53,408 nt of DNA from an uncultured Lentisphaeraceae bacterium (GTDB lineage: Bacteria; Verrucomicrobiota; Lentisphaeria; Oligosphaerales; Oligosphaeraceae). The notes beneath the pieces were generated by a model. That model was given only the letters and a program-made list of their open reading frames with translations. It was not told where the DNA came from and ran no database searches. The position numbers and the translations under genes are program-made. Where the stretch lies: NCBI GenBank assembly GCA_964407145.1, contig CAYOUR010000002.1, positions 1 to 53,408 on the forward strand, written 5' to 3'. Numbering within the stretch: the stretch's first letter is position 1; each line of letters begins with the position of its first letter. Positions 9,499 through 18,846 of this stretch are shown here, one piece after another.

Positions 9499-10227
9499 GA
9501 GTTTCACCGATGGCAAGGATGGATGACGGACTGGTCCGGTTCACGGATTCCGGATACACAGGCCCGGTCAGGTGACTGATAATATATCACCATAAAAAGG
9601 CGTTGAGTGGAATTTCTGGCGCGGTTGTGAAAAAAGCGGTAACCGGTCACCGATTGAGAACAACTCAACGGCACGGTTCCGTCGTCCTTGCCGGATGGCC
9701 TCTCGCTATGCTGGCGTTACGGTTAGGGTTTTGGGACGACCTCTGATTGGGACGCGCGTAGGGTGGTGGGCGGGCAGCGCTCTCCAGACCGTTATGGCAG
9801 CCATGGGCGACTGAGCCGTTTTTTGGCTTTCGGTCGGCCTTTGGCCCGCGGCGCTGCATGAACAGAAATGTTTTATTTCGCCCAAGATGAATAACCTGGG
9901 TCACCCATGATACCCGCCAGAAGAGTTGACCTTTAATGAAATGTTTCAGCAGATTCGGTCATATAATTCTCTGCCCTGTTGGTTCATAGATAAATACGCA
10001 TGTCCATGAAAAGAGTATTGCGCTCTTGTTTTCATGACCGATAATGAGTATAGTATTATTCCCTCTGGGTGGTAATTGCATTTGCATTCTTCCTCCGATT
10101 TTTTTATTCGTCTGGCCTTGGCTCTGTCACGTACAGGTGGCTTTTATATGAGTGGAATCGCGGCGGTGAGTTGGAGTCGTCAGGCCTGCCTTGGAGGTCA
10201 GGCCATCGCCGGTCGTGAGGTTGGCGA

Positions 10228-13200
10228 GTGAAAGCGTTCAGCAACAAACAGGGTGAGGAAACCTCACCCAATGGGTTTCATCATGCGCGTGAGTCATTGG
10301 CTCACGTGCACGCCTTTTTTGTGCTTTTTGTCCTGCTGGCCGGCGGCATTTATGTCATGCATTCGCTCCGTCAGGCAGATCGCCGTCTGCGTGCCGACTT
10401 GATGGCGCGGACGCGTCTTTTGTCAGCGGCGGTCAATCCGGTACGCGTCAAGGCGCTGCGTGTTGCCAGCGAAGACCGCGGCCCGTCCGAGTCCGGGCGT
10501 CTGCAGGCACAGCTGACTGCGGTTCGTCAGGCGGCCGGTGACATCCGGTCGATCTGCCTGTTAAGCATCGACCGTGCTGACCAGGTCGTCTGTCTGGTTT
10601 GCAGCGAGGCTGCGTCTTCCGGTTGCGGCGGGGGCTGCGGTCCGGCGCCGATTGAGAGCTATCCGGTTCTGCGGCAGGCGCTGCGCGAATGGCGGTCGGC
10701 GGTCGGCGGTCCGGTCCGTGATGAAGGCGGAACCTGGTTTGCGGCCATGGCGCCGGTGCGTGACCCCATGGACGGAAAGCCGCTGGCGGTGCTGCTGTTG
10801 GAGGTGGCGGTCCTGGACTGGCGCAGACGGCTTCTGCCGGCGGTCTGGCCCGGCCTGGTTGTGACCCTGTTTGTTTTGGGGCTGACTTGGGGCAGCCACG
10901 TGCGGACACGCCGCCGGGTCCGGCTCGAGGCGGCGGCCCGCCGGCAGAACTCCGTCCTGGAGCCGCCCCTGCTGATGGCTGTCGGCGTCGTCCTGACGGT
11001 GTTCTGCGCCTGGCGGGTTGCCGTCCATGACGTCGCCCGGCACCGGCAGAAATTCCAGTCGTTCGCCGAGGATGCCACCGGGCTCATTGCCAGGAATTTC
11101 AACGACATCCGTCATTTCGAATTGGACGGCGTGGCCGGTTTTCTGCAGCACAGCCGGGACATTTCGCGTTCGGAGTTTTCGACTTACATTTCTCATATGA
11201 CCCAGCACGCGATGGTCCAGGTGTGGGCCTGGGTGTCAGTCGTGCCGGAGGCGGAGCGTGAGCCGTTTGAGGCCTCGGTCAGGGCCGCCGGTCTGCCGTC
11301 GTATCAGATCTGGCAGGTGGCGGAGGACGGGCGGCGCGTGCCGGCCGAACGGCGGCCGTGCTATTATCCAGTCGTCTTTGCCGCTCCGGAAGCCGGCAAT
11401 GCCGAGGTGCCGGGCTTCGATCTGGGCTCGGAGCCGCGCCGGCGCGCCGCCATTGAGGAGGCTCTGGCCTCGAAGCTGCCGACGGCGACCGCGCCGCTGC
11501 AGCTGGTGCATCAGACCGCCGGCCGGAAAAGCCTGCTGGTCCTGCAGCCAGTGCTGGACGGCCCCGACCGCCAGGTCCGGGGCTTTGCCGTCGCCGCCAT
11601 TCAGGTCAGCATGCTGTTTGGCCCTGAACCGGAAAGGTTCAATGGCACGCAGATGTCGATCTCCGTCTTGCAGCCGCCGGGCCAGCCGGAGGTCCTGGCG
11701 TCAACCAATGGGTTGGTGACTTCGCCTGGCGCCCTGGTGATGTCCCGGCCTGTTTTCGCCTTTGGCAAGGCTCTGGCGGTCACGGCGACGTCGCCGCCGA
11801 AGGCCATCGATGTCCGAATGCTGTCGCGGGTGCTGCTGGTGCTGGCCGCCGGGCTGCTGCTTTCCGGGGCGGTGACCGTGCTGGCCATGGCCATGACACG
11901 CCGCGGGCTGGAACTGTCGTTTCTGGTGGCGGAGCGGACGTCCAGCCTGAGCCGGACCGAGGAACGCTTCCACCAGCTGGCGGCTAATACCCGTACTGTG
12001 TACTGGGAATGTGACCCGCAGGGACTTTACACCCTGGTCGGTCCGGGCGCCGTCAACGTGTATGGCTATGCGCCCGAAGAACTGATCGGCAAGAGATATT
12101 TCTATGATCTGCATCCGGCCGAGGGCCGGGAGGACTTCAAGAAGATGGCGCTGGATTTTTTCCAGACACGGCAGCCGTCCTTTGAATTTTCCAATCCGAT
12201 TGAAACCAAGGACGGCCGTGTCCTGATCATGTCCACCAGCGGCATGCCGATTCTGTCGGGCGATGGCGAACTGGCGGGATATTACGGCACCGACCGCGAT
12301 GTGACCGAACGAGAACAGCTGCTGGAAGAGCTGCGGCGAAGCCACCAGGAGGCCGTGGCCGCCAACCAGGCCAAAAGCGATTTCCTGACCAACATGAGCC
12401 ATGAAATCCGCACCCCCATCAACGGCATCGTCGGCCTGGCCGACCTGCTGCGCGATTCCGACTTGAAACAGGAGCAGCGCGAATTCGTCGACATCATCGA
12501 CACCAGCGGCCGACTGCTGCTCGACCTGGTCAATGAAATCCTGGATTTTTCCCGGATCGAGGCCGGCCGGATTGCGCCGGTGCAGGAGTACTTTGACCTG
12601 CGCCGGCTGGTCGAGGACGTCGTCAGTGGCCTGGCCTTGTCAGCCCAGGCCAAGCAGGTCGAGCTGTACTGCCAAGTTGCGCCCGAGGCGCCGGTTCAGA
12701 TGTACGGGGACGACTTCCACCTGCGGCAGATCTTGGTCAATCTGACGGGCAACGCGATCAAGTTCACCGACCGCGGCGAAATCGTCCTCTCAGTCGTCGT
12801 ACAGGGTGAGCAGACCGGCCGGAAGGTGTTCCGGTTCGCGGTGCGCGACACCGGCATCGGCATTTCCCCGGAGCAGCAGCCACGGGTGTTCCAGACGTTT
12901 TTCCAGGCCGACTCTTCCATCAGCCGCCGGCATGGCGGCAGCGGCCTGGGCCTGGCCATTGTGAAGCGGCTGGTCGAAAAGCTCGGCGGCGAGATTGGCT
13001 TTGTCAGCGATTTCGGGGTCGGCACGGAATTCTTCTTCACGCTGCCGTTGGTCGCCAGGCCCGGGGTGGCGGCCTTGCCCGAAGCCTGGCCGGCCGAGCT
13101 GCGCCAGGGTGCGGTCGTGGTGATTGAACGCCATGACGGCCTCCGCCAGGAACTCGCGGCCCGGCTTGCCGCCGTGGGCCTGCGGGTCAGCACGGCGGCG

Positions 13201-13977
13201 ACGCTGGAACAGGCCGCGGCCGCCTTGGCCGGCGCCGGCGCCGGGACCTTTGTCCTGCTTGACCTTGGCCTGCCGGAACTCGTGACCGGCGCCGGCGGCG
13301 ACGGGCCTCCGGCCGTCCTGCTGCGACCCGAATTGCGCCTGATCGGTCTGTGCCATTTGTGCCGGTCGGAGGACGATGAATGCCGAAGCGCCCTGCCGCT
13401 GGCCGCGGAGCTGCACAAGCCGGTCAGGACGGATGAGCTCATTGAGGCCCTGCGCCTGGCCGCCGCGGCCGCGGACCGCCGCCAGGTGGAGGAGGCGATG
13501 GCTGAGACGGCGGCCGCCGCGCCAGGCGGGCGTTCGAAAGCGGATTGCGGCGACGCTGATGCCGGCCGGCCGGTCGCTGCCGATGGCCTGTCTGTTCTCC
13601 TTGCCGAGGACAATGTCGTCAACCAGAAAGTCACTCTTGCCCTGCTGCAGAAGATTGGCTTGCACGCCGATCTCGCCGCCAACGGACGGGAAGTCCTGGC
13701 CATGCTCAAGGAGAAGGACTACCGGCTGGTCCTGATGGATGTGCAGATGCCGGAAATGGACGGCCTGGAAGCCGCTCGTCTTATCCGTGACCCGGCCACC
13801 CCGGTGCGGAACCACGCCATCACGATCATCGCCCTGACCGCCCATGCCGTCGGCGGCTACAAGGAAACCTGCCTGAACGCCGGCATGGACGACTACATCG
13901 CCAAGCCCATCACCGCCAGTGGCCTGCGAGAAGTCCTCAAACGATGGCTGAAAATTGATGAGGGTGCAAGGTCATAG
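10228..13977 (+). CDS. Hybrid sensor histidine kinase/response regulator (TM - CHASE - TM - PAS - HisKA - HATPase - pseudo-receiver - REC)
   Basis: CHASE-like block WAWVSVVPEAEREPFE...CYYPVVFAAP. H-box FLTNMSHEIRTPINGI. GGSGLGLAIV G2 box. C-terminal REC with LVLMDVQMPEMDG...KPI. The start is GTG. Confidence 0.9.
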   Translation: MKAFSNKQGEETSPNGFHHARESLAHVHAFFVLFVLLAGGIYVMHSLRQADRRLRADLMARTRLLSAAVNPVRVKALRVASEDRGPSESGRLQAQLTAVRQAAGDIRSICLLSIDRADQVVCLVCSEAASSGCGGGCGPAPIESYPVLRQALREWRSAVGGPVRDEGGTWFAAMAPVRDPMDGKPLAVLLLEVAVLDWRRRLLPAVWPGLVVTLFVLGLTWGSHVRTRRRVRLEAAARRQNSVLEPPLLMAVGVVLTVFCAWRVAVHDVARHRQKFQSFAEDATGLIARNFNDIRHFELDGVAGFLQHSRDISRSEFSTYISHMTQHAMVQVWAWVSVVPEAEREPFEASVRAAGLPSYQIWQVAEDGRRVPAERRPCYYPVVFAAPEAGNAEVPGFDLGSEPRRRAAIEEALASKLPTATAPLQLVHQTAGRKSLLVLQPVLDGPDRQVRGFAVAAIQVSMLFGPEPERFNGTQMSISVLQPPGQPEVLASTNGLVTSPGALVMSRPVFAFGKALAVTATSPPKAIDVRMLSRVLLVLAAGLLLSGAVTVLAMAMTRRGLELSFLVAERTSSLSRTEERFHQLAANTRTVYWECDPQGLYTLVGPGAVNVYGYAPEELIGKRYFYDLHPAEGREDFKKMALDFFQTRQPSFEFSNPIETKDGRVLIMSTSGMPILSGDGELAGYYGTDRDVTEREQLLEELRRSHQEAVAANQAKSDFLTNMSHEIRTPINGIVGLADLLRDSDLKQEQREFVDIIDTSGRLLLDLVNEILDFSRIEAGRIAPVQEYFDLRRLVEDVVSGLALSAQAKQVELYCQVAPEAPVQMYGDDFHLRQILVNLTGNAIKFTDRGEIVLSVVVQGEQTGRKVFRFAVRDTGIGISPEQQPRVFQTFFQADSSISRRHGGSGLGLAIVKRLVEKLGGEIGFVSDFGVGTEFFFTLPLVARPGVAALPEAWPAELRQGAVVVIERHDGLRQELAARLAAVGLRVSTAATLEQAAAALAGAGAGTFVLLDLGLPELVTGAGGDGPPAVLLRPELRLIGLCHLCRSEDDECRSALPLAAELHKPVRTDELIEALRLAAAAADRRQVEEAMAETAAAAPGGRSKADCGDADAGRPVAADGLSVLLAEDNVVNQKVTLALLQKIGLHADLAANGREVLAMLKEKDYRLVLMDVQMPEMDGLEAARLIRDPATPVRNHAITIIALTAHAVGGYKETCLNAGMDDYIAKPITASGLREVLKRWLKIDEGARS

Positions 13978-14103
13978 GCGTTTGCGAAAAAAACGTAGGC
14001 CAAGACCCGTGGTCATGACGGAAATGCGCTGGGACTGGCGAGTGGCCGGCGGTGGAAGGCGGGTGGGCAAAAGGACTTTTTGACGATGATCCCGGGGTTG
14101 GTC

Positions 14104-14841
14104 TCACGCCTGGAAAATGTTGTCCCGGTGATACTCAAGAAATTGTTTCCCTGGCATGAATCTATCCGGCGTGGAGATTTTTTTGCCCTCATAATCCAGA
14201 ATCAGTGCGAGTTGTTTTTGGCGTGGCAGCTGTTTGGAGACAACGACGGTCAGTGCTTCATCAAGCGTGATCAGGCCGCGGTCAAAGGCGCGGTCATGGA
14301 GGGCATTGAGGCAAAGTCCATTTTGTGGATTGAGGCGATTGTTGGCATCCTTTGTCCAAGGGATGATGTGACTTGCAACCAGTAATTCCTTGCTGTTGAT
14401 GCCTGTGATGCAACACTGGTCATTGAAATTGGAGAGAACGACATCCCGGAAGAAGTTCTGTCGTGTGCGGGTATAGGTAAAACTCTCCTTGTTTTCCGCG
14501 AAAAAGTCTGTTTCCGGAATGATCATTTTGGCATCAGTGCCTTGCAGGATGGATTGCAGCCTGCGGTCGGATGTTATGATCATTTCTTCGTTGTGGAAAT
14601 ACTCCTGCCAGGTTTCATGGTCCAGGCGACTGCACCCCCTCAAGCCGGCTCGGGGGAGTAGCGGGTCGATGGCGGCGAAGTTGCACAGTTTCATGGCTAC
14701 TGACCCCGGCGTGCGACCTAAATATACCGCTAGTCGCCGGATATCTGGGTTGGTCTGGTGCAGTCTGCCAAAGGCGGTTCTGGAATATAGATTGAGCACC
14801 AGTTGGAGCTCTTCTTTTGTCCATCTTTTACCGTTCGCCAT
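14104..14841 (-). CDS. HNH endonuclease (HNH_2 / COG3440-type putative restriction endonuclease)
   Basis: C-terminal CCITGINSKELLVASHIIPW...NGLCLNALHDRAFDRGLITLD is the HNH_2 signature. The N-terminal WTKEELQLVLNLYSRTAFGRL...VAMKLCNFAAIDP module is typical of this family. The gene lies in a low-GC segment. Confidence 0.85.
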   Translation of the reverse strand: MANGKRWTKEELQLVLNLYSRTAFGRLHQTNPDIRRLAVYLGRTPGSVAMKLCNFAAIDPLLPRAGLRGCSRLDHETWQEYFHNEEMIITSDRRLQSILQGTDAKMIIPETDFFAENKESFTYTRTRQNFFRDVVLSNFNDQCCITGINSKELLVASHIIPWTKDANNRLNPQNGLCLNALHDRAFDRGLITLDEALTVVVSKQLPRQKQLALILDYEGKKISTPDRFMPGKQFLEYHRDNIFQA

Positions 14842-14847
14842 GGGTCG

Positions 14848-15294
14848 TCAGCTTTGATTTTGAAAGGTTTTGTCGTTCCATGCCTCAAGCAGTTGTGCAA
14901 CGTCTGCGTATCCCCAGTCGATGACAGTCATGCCGTTGTCGTGGACGATCAGCACGCAAAGCATCATGTCGTTGCCGTCGGCATCAGCGCCGATCTGGCA
15001 GAGTTTCCATTCTTGGCTTTCAATGGCAAGAATATAATATTTGGCCTTGCCTTTGAGCATGTCAGGGCTGTCTGTCTGTTTGGGATTGGCGATGACAATA
15101 TCCGTTCGTGCGGCGAGTAATTCTTCGGCGGTCAGGTAGCCGGCATCCACTATTTCAGCATTGTTCGGCCATACCGCCACCACGCAGAACACGTGTTTCG
15201 TTTTTGTGTCGGTATGGGAGAAGCACAAAAGCGAGCTTGTCTCACCTTGGTAGCTCTCCAGTTTGAGCATGTAGTATTTTGGTTCAGTATTCAT
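14848..15294 (-). CDS. Hypothetical protein (148 aa) made of two ~65-aa internal repeats
   Basis: KYYMLKLES..LLCF..VFCVVAV..IVDAGYLTAEELLAA aligns with KYYILAIES..LCQI..MLCVLIV..VIDWGYADVAQLLEAW. The stop lies 6 nt before the HNH ATG. GC is low. I recognise no family. Confidence 0.6.
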   Translation of the reverse strand: MNTEPKYYMLKLESYQGETSSLLCFSHTDTKTKHVFCVVAVWPNNAEIVDAGYLTAEELLAARTDIVIANPKQTDSPDMLKGKAKYYILAIESQEWKLCQIGADADGNDMMLCVLIVHDNGMTVIDWGYADVAQLLEAWNDKTFQNQS

Positions 15295-15476
15295 TTTGAC
15301 TTTGTCCAGGAAAATGGTTTTAGCCGGGCAGCCCTTATGCCATTTTTTGCACGGTGGAGGAAGTCAGTAGCCAAACGGCCCAATCGGGTTTTGCATGTCG
15401 CTGCATGGTGTTGAAAGACGGGGTCTGCTACAGTCATCTCATGATGAAGGTCTGAAATAGAAATGTAGCTGTTGGG

Positions 15477-15784
15477 AAGTAATTGGTAATGTGCGAAATC
15501 TTGTGATGAACACTTGTGAGCTTTCAGACCGCCGGAGGTAGTCCAGGTTTATGTATCGCCCTTTCAGGGCTCAATGAACATTTGCCTTTACCCAGGGCGG
15601 CGCACGCCTCCGGCGTGCTTGCCCTGGGTGATAAGGATAAATAAACAGGGAGCCCTGAAAGGGCGACACATAACCTCCTTGGTGCTGGCAATGTCGCGCC
15701 CAGTAGGAGCATTACCGTAAGCTTGACAACCACCAGGTCAAATCTCTCTTCCTATCACAACACTTCGCACATTAACAAGTAATT
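15477..15784. mobile_element. MITE-like non-autonomous element: 292-bp body, ~24-bp imperfect terminal inverted repeats, 8-bp direct duplication AAGTAATT
   Basis: AAGTAATT occurs at 15477-84 and 15777-84. Left end is GGTAATGTGCGAAATCTTGTGAT; reverse complement of the right end is GTTAATGTGCGAAGTGTTGTGAT (20/23). The interior folds into a nested long hairpin (tcgccctttcagggctc / gagccctgaaagggcga, apex 15591-15628). There is no credible ORF. Confidence 0.6.
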
Positions 15785-16002
15785 TAATCGTTTTCGCTCA
15801 AGGTGCAACAGCCTACGAGATGGCAACACAGGTGTTTCTTTCACCCGCCCCATCCCGGGGAATTTCCGTTCTGTCGGCTTTTCGGTGTGGCGATGACGGT
15901 ATACATTGGGGGAGGGCTGGCGGCGCGGGCATTGTGCCTCAGCGCGGCAGATGGCCGAAGGCTGTAAGAATCAACGGTGATTTACGGGTGAGGGCAGGAA
16001 TA

Positions 16003-17298
16003 ATGCGTCAGGATCTGTTGTTGTGCGGGGCGCGGGTGGTCGACCCGGTTCAGGGGATTGATGAAGTTCGCGACATCGGTGTTCATGGCGGCTGCTTTGC
16101 CGCCCTGGAGTCGCTGGTGTCGCCGCGGCGGATTGACCTGCGCGGTCTGGTTCTGGCGCCGGGCTTCATTGATCTGCATGTGCACCTGCGCGAGCCGGGG
16201 CAGACCCACAAGGAGGACATCGGCAGCGCGACCCGGGCGGCGGCGGCCGGCGGGTTCACGTCGGTTCTGGCCATGCCGAACACATCTCCGGCGGTCGACT
16301 CGGCCGCGGCGGTGCGGGCGGTGCTGCACGGCGCCTCGGAGCGGGGCGCGGTGCGGGTGCTGCAGGCCGGCGCCCTGACCATGGGGCGGGGCGGGAAGGA
16401 ACTGGCGGACTACGCGGCCATGCAGGCGGCCGGAGTGCCGGCCTTGACGGATGACGGCAGTACGCCGCAGGGCCGCGACGTCATGCGGGCCGCGATGCTG
16501 GCGGCGGTCGCACTCGGATTGCCGGTGATCGACCATTGCGAGGACGTCGCCATGTCCAAACCCGGGGTCATGCATGGCGGTGCCGTGGCTGCCCGGCTGC
16601 GGTTGCCGGGGCAGCCGCGTGAGGCCGAGGAGACGGTCGTCGCCCGTGACATCGCCCTGGCGCGGGAGACCGGCTGCCGGGTGCATGTGCAGCACTTGAG
16701 CTCGGCCGGGTCCGTGGCGCAGCTGCGGGCCGCCCGGCAGGAAGGTCTGCCGGTCAGCGGCGAAGTCACCCCGCATCACTTGTTCCTGACCGATGGCGCC
16801 GCCGAGATCTATGGCGTCAATGCCAAGATGGCGCCGCCGCTGCGTGAGGAGGGCGACCGGCAGGCCCTGCTGGCCGGAGTTCTGGACGGAACCATCACCT
16901 GTCTGGCGACCGACCATGCTCCGCATACGGATTCGGAGAAAGCCGCTGGCTGGCTGGAGGCGCCGTTTGGCATCATCGGCTTGGAGGCCGCCGTGCCGTT
17001 GTGTCTGACCGGCCTGTACCATACCGGTTTTCTCAGCCTCAGCCGGCTGGTGTCGCTGTTTACGCAGGGTCCGCGGGAGCTGCTGGGGCTGCCGGTCGGC
17101 GCCATGACGCTCGGCGCCGCCGCGGACGCCACCATTCTGGATCCGGATGCGCCGCACTGTCTGAAGGTGACTGATTTTGTGTCCCGGTCGCATAATTGCC
17201 CATACGACGGCTGGGCCTGCCGCGGGAAAGTCGTCGGCGTGCTCGTTGGGGGAGTGGGCCGTGGGCCGTGGACGCCAGTGGACAATAGTGGACGTTAA
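16003..17298 (+). CDS. pyrC: Dihydroorotase
   Basis: MRQDLLLCGARVVDP...APGFIDLHVHLREPG...AAAAGGFTSVLAMPNTSP. The start is moved to the ATG at 16003, after AGGGCAGGA. The last ~14 codons run into a tandem-repeat array. Confidence 0.9.
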   Translation: MRQDLLLCGARVVDPVQGIDEVRDIGVHGGCFAALESLVSPRRIDLRGLVLAPGFIDLHVHLREPGQTHKEDIGSATRAAAAGGFTSVLAMPNTSPAVDSAAAVRAVLHGASERGAVRVLQAGALTMGRGGKELADYAAMQAAGVPALTDDGSTPQGRDVMRAAMLAAVALGLPVIDHCEDVAMSKPGVMHGGAVAARLRLPGQPREAEETVVARDIALARETGCRVHVQHLSSAGSVAQLRAARQEGLPVSGEVTPHHLFLTDGAAEIYGVNAKMAPPLREEGDRQALLAGVLDGTITCLATDHAPHTDSEKAAGWLEAPFGIIGLEAAVPLCLTGLYHTGFLSLSRLVSLFTQGPRELLGLPVGAMTLGAAADATILDPDAPHCLKVTDFVSRSHNCPYDGWACRGKVVGVLVGGVGRGPWTPVDNSGR

Positions 17299-17348
17299 TA
17301 GACCGTAGACCGTAGACCGTGGGCCGTAGACCGTGGCCGCGAGTAGAC
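17254..17348. repeat. GGAC/AGAC-core short tandem array (7-nt tagaccg units plus gtggac units)
   Basis: gtgggccgtgggccgtggacgccagtggacaatagtggacgttaatagaccgtagaccgtagaccgtgggccgtagaccgtggcc. It spans the pyrC stop (17296-98). A further gtcccatac lies at 17375-83. Confidence 0.85.
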
Positions 17349-17401
17349 AAGGTCAGCCCCGCCATCGGTCATCGGTCCCATACGGGTCAGGCGCAGGCTT
17401 T

Positions 17402-18799
17402 TCAGGCGGTCGGCTCCAGCATGCGGATTTTTTTCCAGCTTCCTTTTTTGAAGCGGATGGCGAGGACGACGCTGCCGATCATGAAGGAGATGACGAGAGC
17501 GACCCAGGAGGTCATGGGCTGCCAGTTGAAGTAGTGGACGCCGCCGAGGGCCAGCCCGGCCGAAATCCAGTGGATGTTGGTGGTGATCAGCATGACGGCC
17601 AGGGTGTCGCCGGCGCCGCGCAGGGCGCCGGAGGAGATCAGCATGAAGCCGTCGAACATCAGGTACAATGAGGCGACGCGGATCATCGGTATGGCCAGGT
17701 CGCGTGCGGCCTGGTAGTCGACGCCGGGGATGTCCGGCGTGAAGACGCCGACCAGCAGGTGCGGAACCGAGCAGAAGACGATGACGCCGATGGCGGAATA
17801 GACCGAGGCCAGCTTGAAGCCGGAATACGCGGAGCGTTCGGCCGAGGGGATGTCGCCGGCGCCGAGATTCTGTCCGACCAGGGTGCTGACGCCGACCTGG
17901 AGCCCCAGCAGCGGGAAGAACATCACCATGTCCCAGCTGAACACGATGGTGGTCGCGGCGGCCACGTCGGCGCCATAGCTGTGCAGGGCCGAGTTGATGG
18001 CGACAAAGGAGCCCATGCCGAGGAGGTTCTCCAGTCCATTGGGGGAGCCGAAGCGGAGCAGGGCCTTGAGGTTGTGCCAGTCGAGGCGGGCGAAGCGGCC
18101 GGTCAGGAAGGGCTCGCGCCGGGCATGTCGCCAGAAGGAAGCGGCGATGATTCCGGTCATGCAGGCGCTGGACAGCAGCGTGCCAATGGCGGCGCCGTCG
18201 ATTCCCAGGGCCGGGAAGCCGCATTTGCCGAAGATGAGCATGTAGTTGGCGGTCAGGTTGACGACGAGGGCGGCGGCGTTGGCCTGCATGATGACCTTGG
18301 TCTTGCCGATGCCGGCGAAGAACGCGGCGAAGGCGGCGCGGAGCAGGGCGAGGATGCCGCCAAAAGCCATGTACCAGAAGTACCGGCGTTCCAGTTCAAG
18401 CTGGATGCGGTCATGGCCGGGCACATCGAAGGTCATGGCCGCGAAATAGGACGCCGCCAAGGCGAGCGGGTAGCTGGCGAAGGCCAGGCAGACCGCCTGG
18501 AAGACGACCTTGGGGCATTCGCCGAACCGGCGGGCGCCATAGTGGTGCGCGACCAGGGTGGAGGAATAGCCGATCAGTCCGACAAACAGGGTCAGGCAGA
18601 GCCAGGAAGTGATGCCGCCGCTCATGCAGGCGGCGATGTGCTCCTTGCCGACATGGGCGAGGTACAGCCGGTCGATGAAGGTCATCAGCGTGTCAAAGAC
18701 GCTGGACATGATCATCGGGATGGCGATCGGCAGCAGGGCGGCGATGCCGCCAGGGCCGTCGCAGTGGCGGCGTTTGAGCTGATTCAGGCAGGTGGGCAT
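17402..18799 (-). CDS. MATE family efflux transporter
   Basis: 12-TM profile, with LLPIAIPMIMSSVFDTLMTFIDRLYLAHVG at the N-terminus. The track start at 18805 is TTG; ATG at 18799 is chosen. Confidence 0.9.
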   Translation of the reverse strand: MPTCLNQLKRRHCDGPGGIAALLPIAIPMIMSSVFDTLMTFIDRLYLAHVGKEHIAACMSGGITSWLCLTLFVGLIGYSSTLVAHHYGARRFGECPKVVFQAVCLAFASYPLALAASYFAAMTFDVPGHDRIQLELERRYFWYMAFGGILALLRAAFAAFFAGIGKTKVIMQANAAALVVNLTANYMLIFGKCGFPALGIDGAAIGTLLSSACMTGIIAASFWRHARREPFLTGRFARLDWHNLKALLRFGSPNGLENLLGMGSFVAINSALHSYGADVAAATTIVFSWDMVMFFPLLGLQVGVSTLVGQNLGAGDIPSAERSAYSGFKLASVYSAIGVIVFCSVPHLLVGVFTPDIPGVDYQAARDLAIPMIRVASLYLMFDGFMLISSGALRGAGDTLAVMLITTNIHWISAGLALGGVHYFNWQPMTSWVALVISFMIGSVVLAIRFKKGSWKKIRMLEPTA

Positions 18800-18846
18800 G
18801 AACAAGGGTCCAGGGGGTCGAGTCGAACCGGCGGGAAGAGTGCGGC

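Noticed and set aside
9517-10227. 711-bp gene-free, partly AT-richer region upstream of the sensor kinase, including the 79-aa ORF 9665..9904 and tiny ORFs at 10038 and 10148
   Set aside because: The ORFs are Arg/Pro-rich or under 30 aa with no start context. I found no recognisable riboswitch, tmRNA, SRP or 6S signatures by eye. It is most simply a long promoter/leader region, and an Rfam scan would be needed to say more.
15534-15552. ggaggtagtccagg resembling the RNase P RNA CR-I box (GAGGAAAGUCCGGGC)
   Set aside because: The similarity is only partial. The other universally conserved RNase P blocks (ACAGAA..., GGUAAGGGUGAAAGGGUG) are absent, and the region is part of a symmetric inverted repeat.
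15524-15733. 69-aa minus-strand ORF inside the hairpin element
   Set aside because: It lies entirely within the palindromic MITE body, has no start context, and its sequence simply mirrors the inverted-repeat arms.
15477-15784. Retron msr/msd-like or HEARO/omega-RNA-like structured ncRNA next to an HNH gene
   Set aside because: No reverse transcriptase, IscB or TnpB ORF is nearby, and the HNH protein is a 245-aa HNH_2 type without RuvC. The 8-bp flanking duplication plus terminal inverted repeats are better explained by a MITE. It is kept as an alternative to be settled by copy census and covariation analysis.
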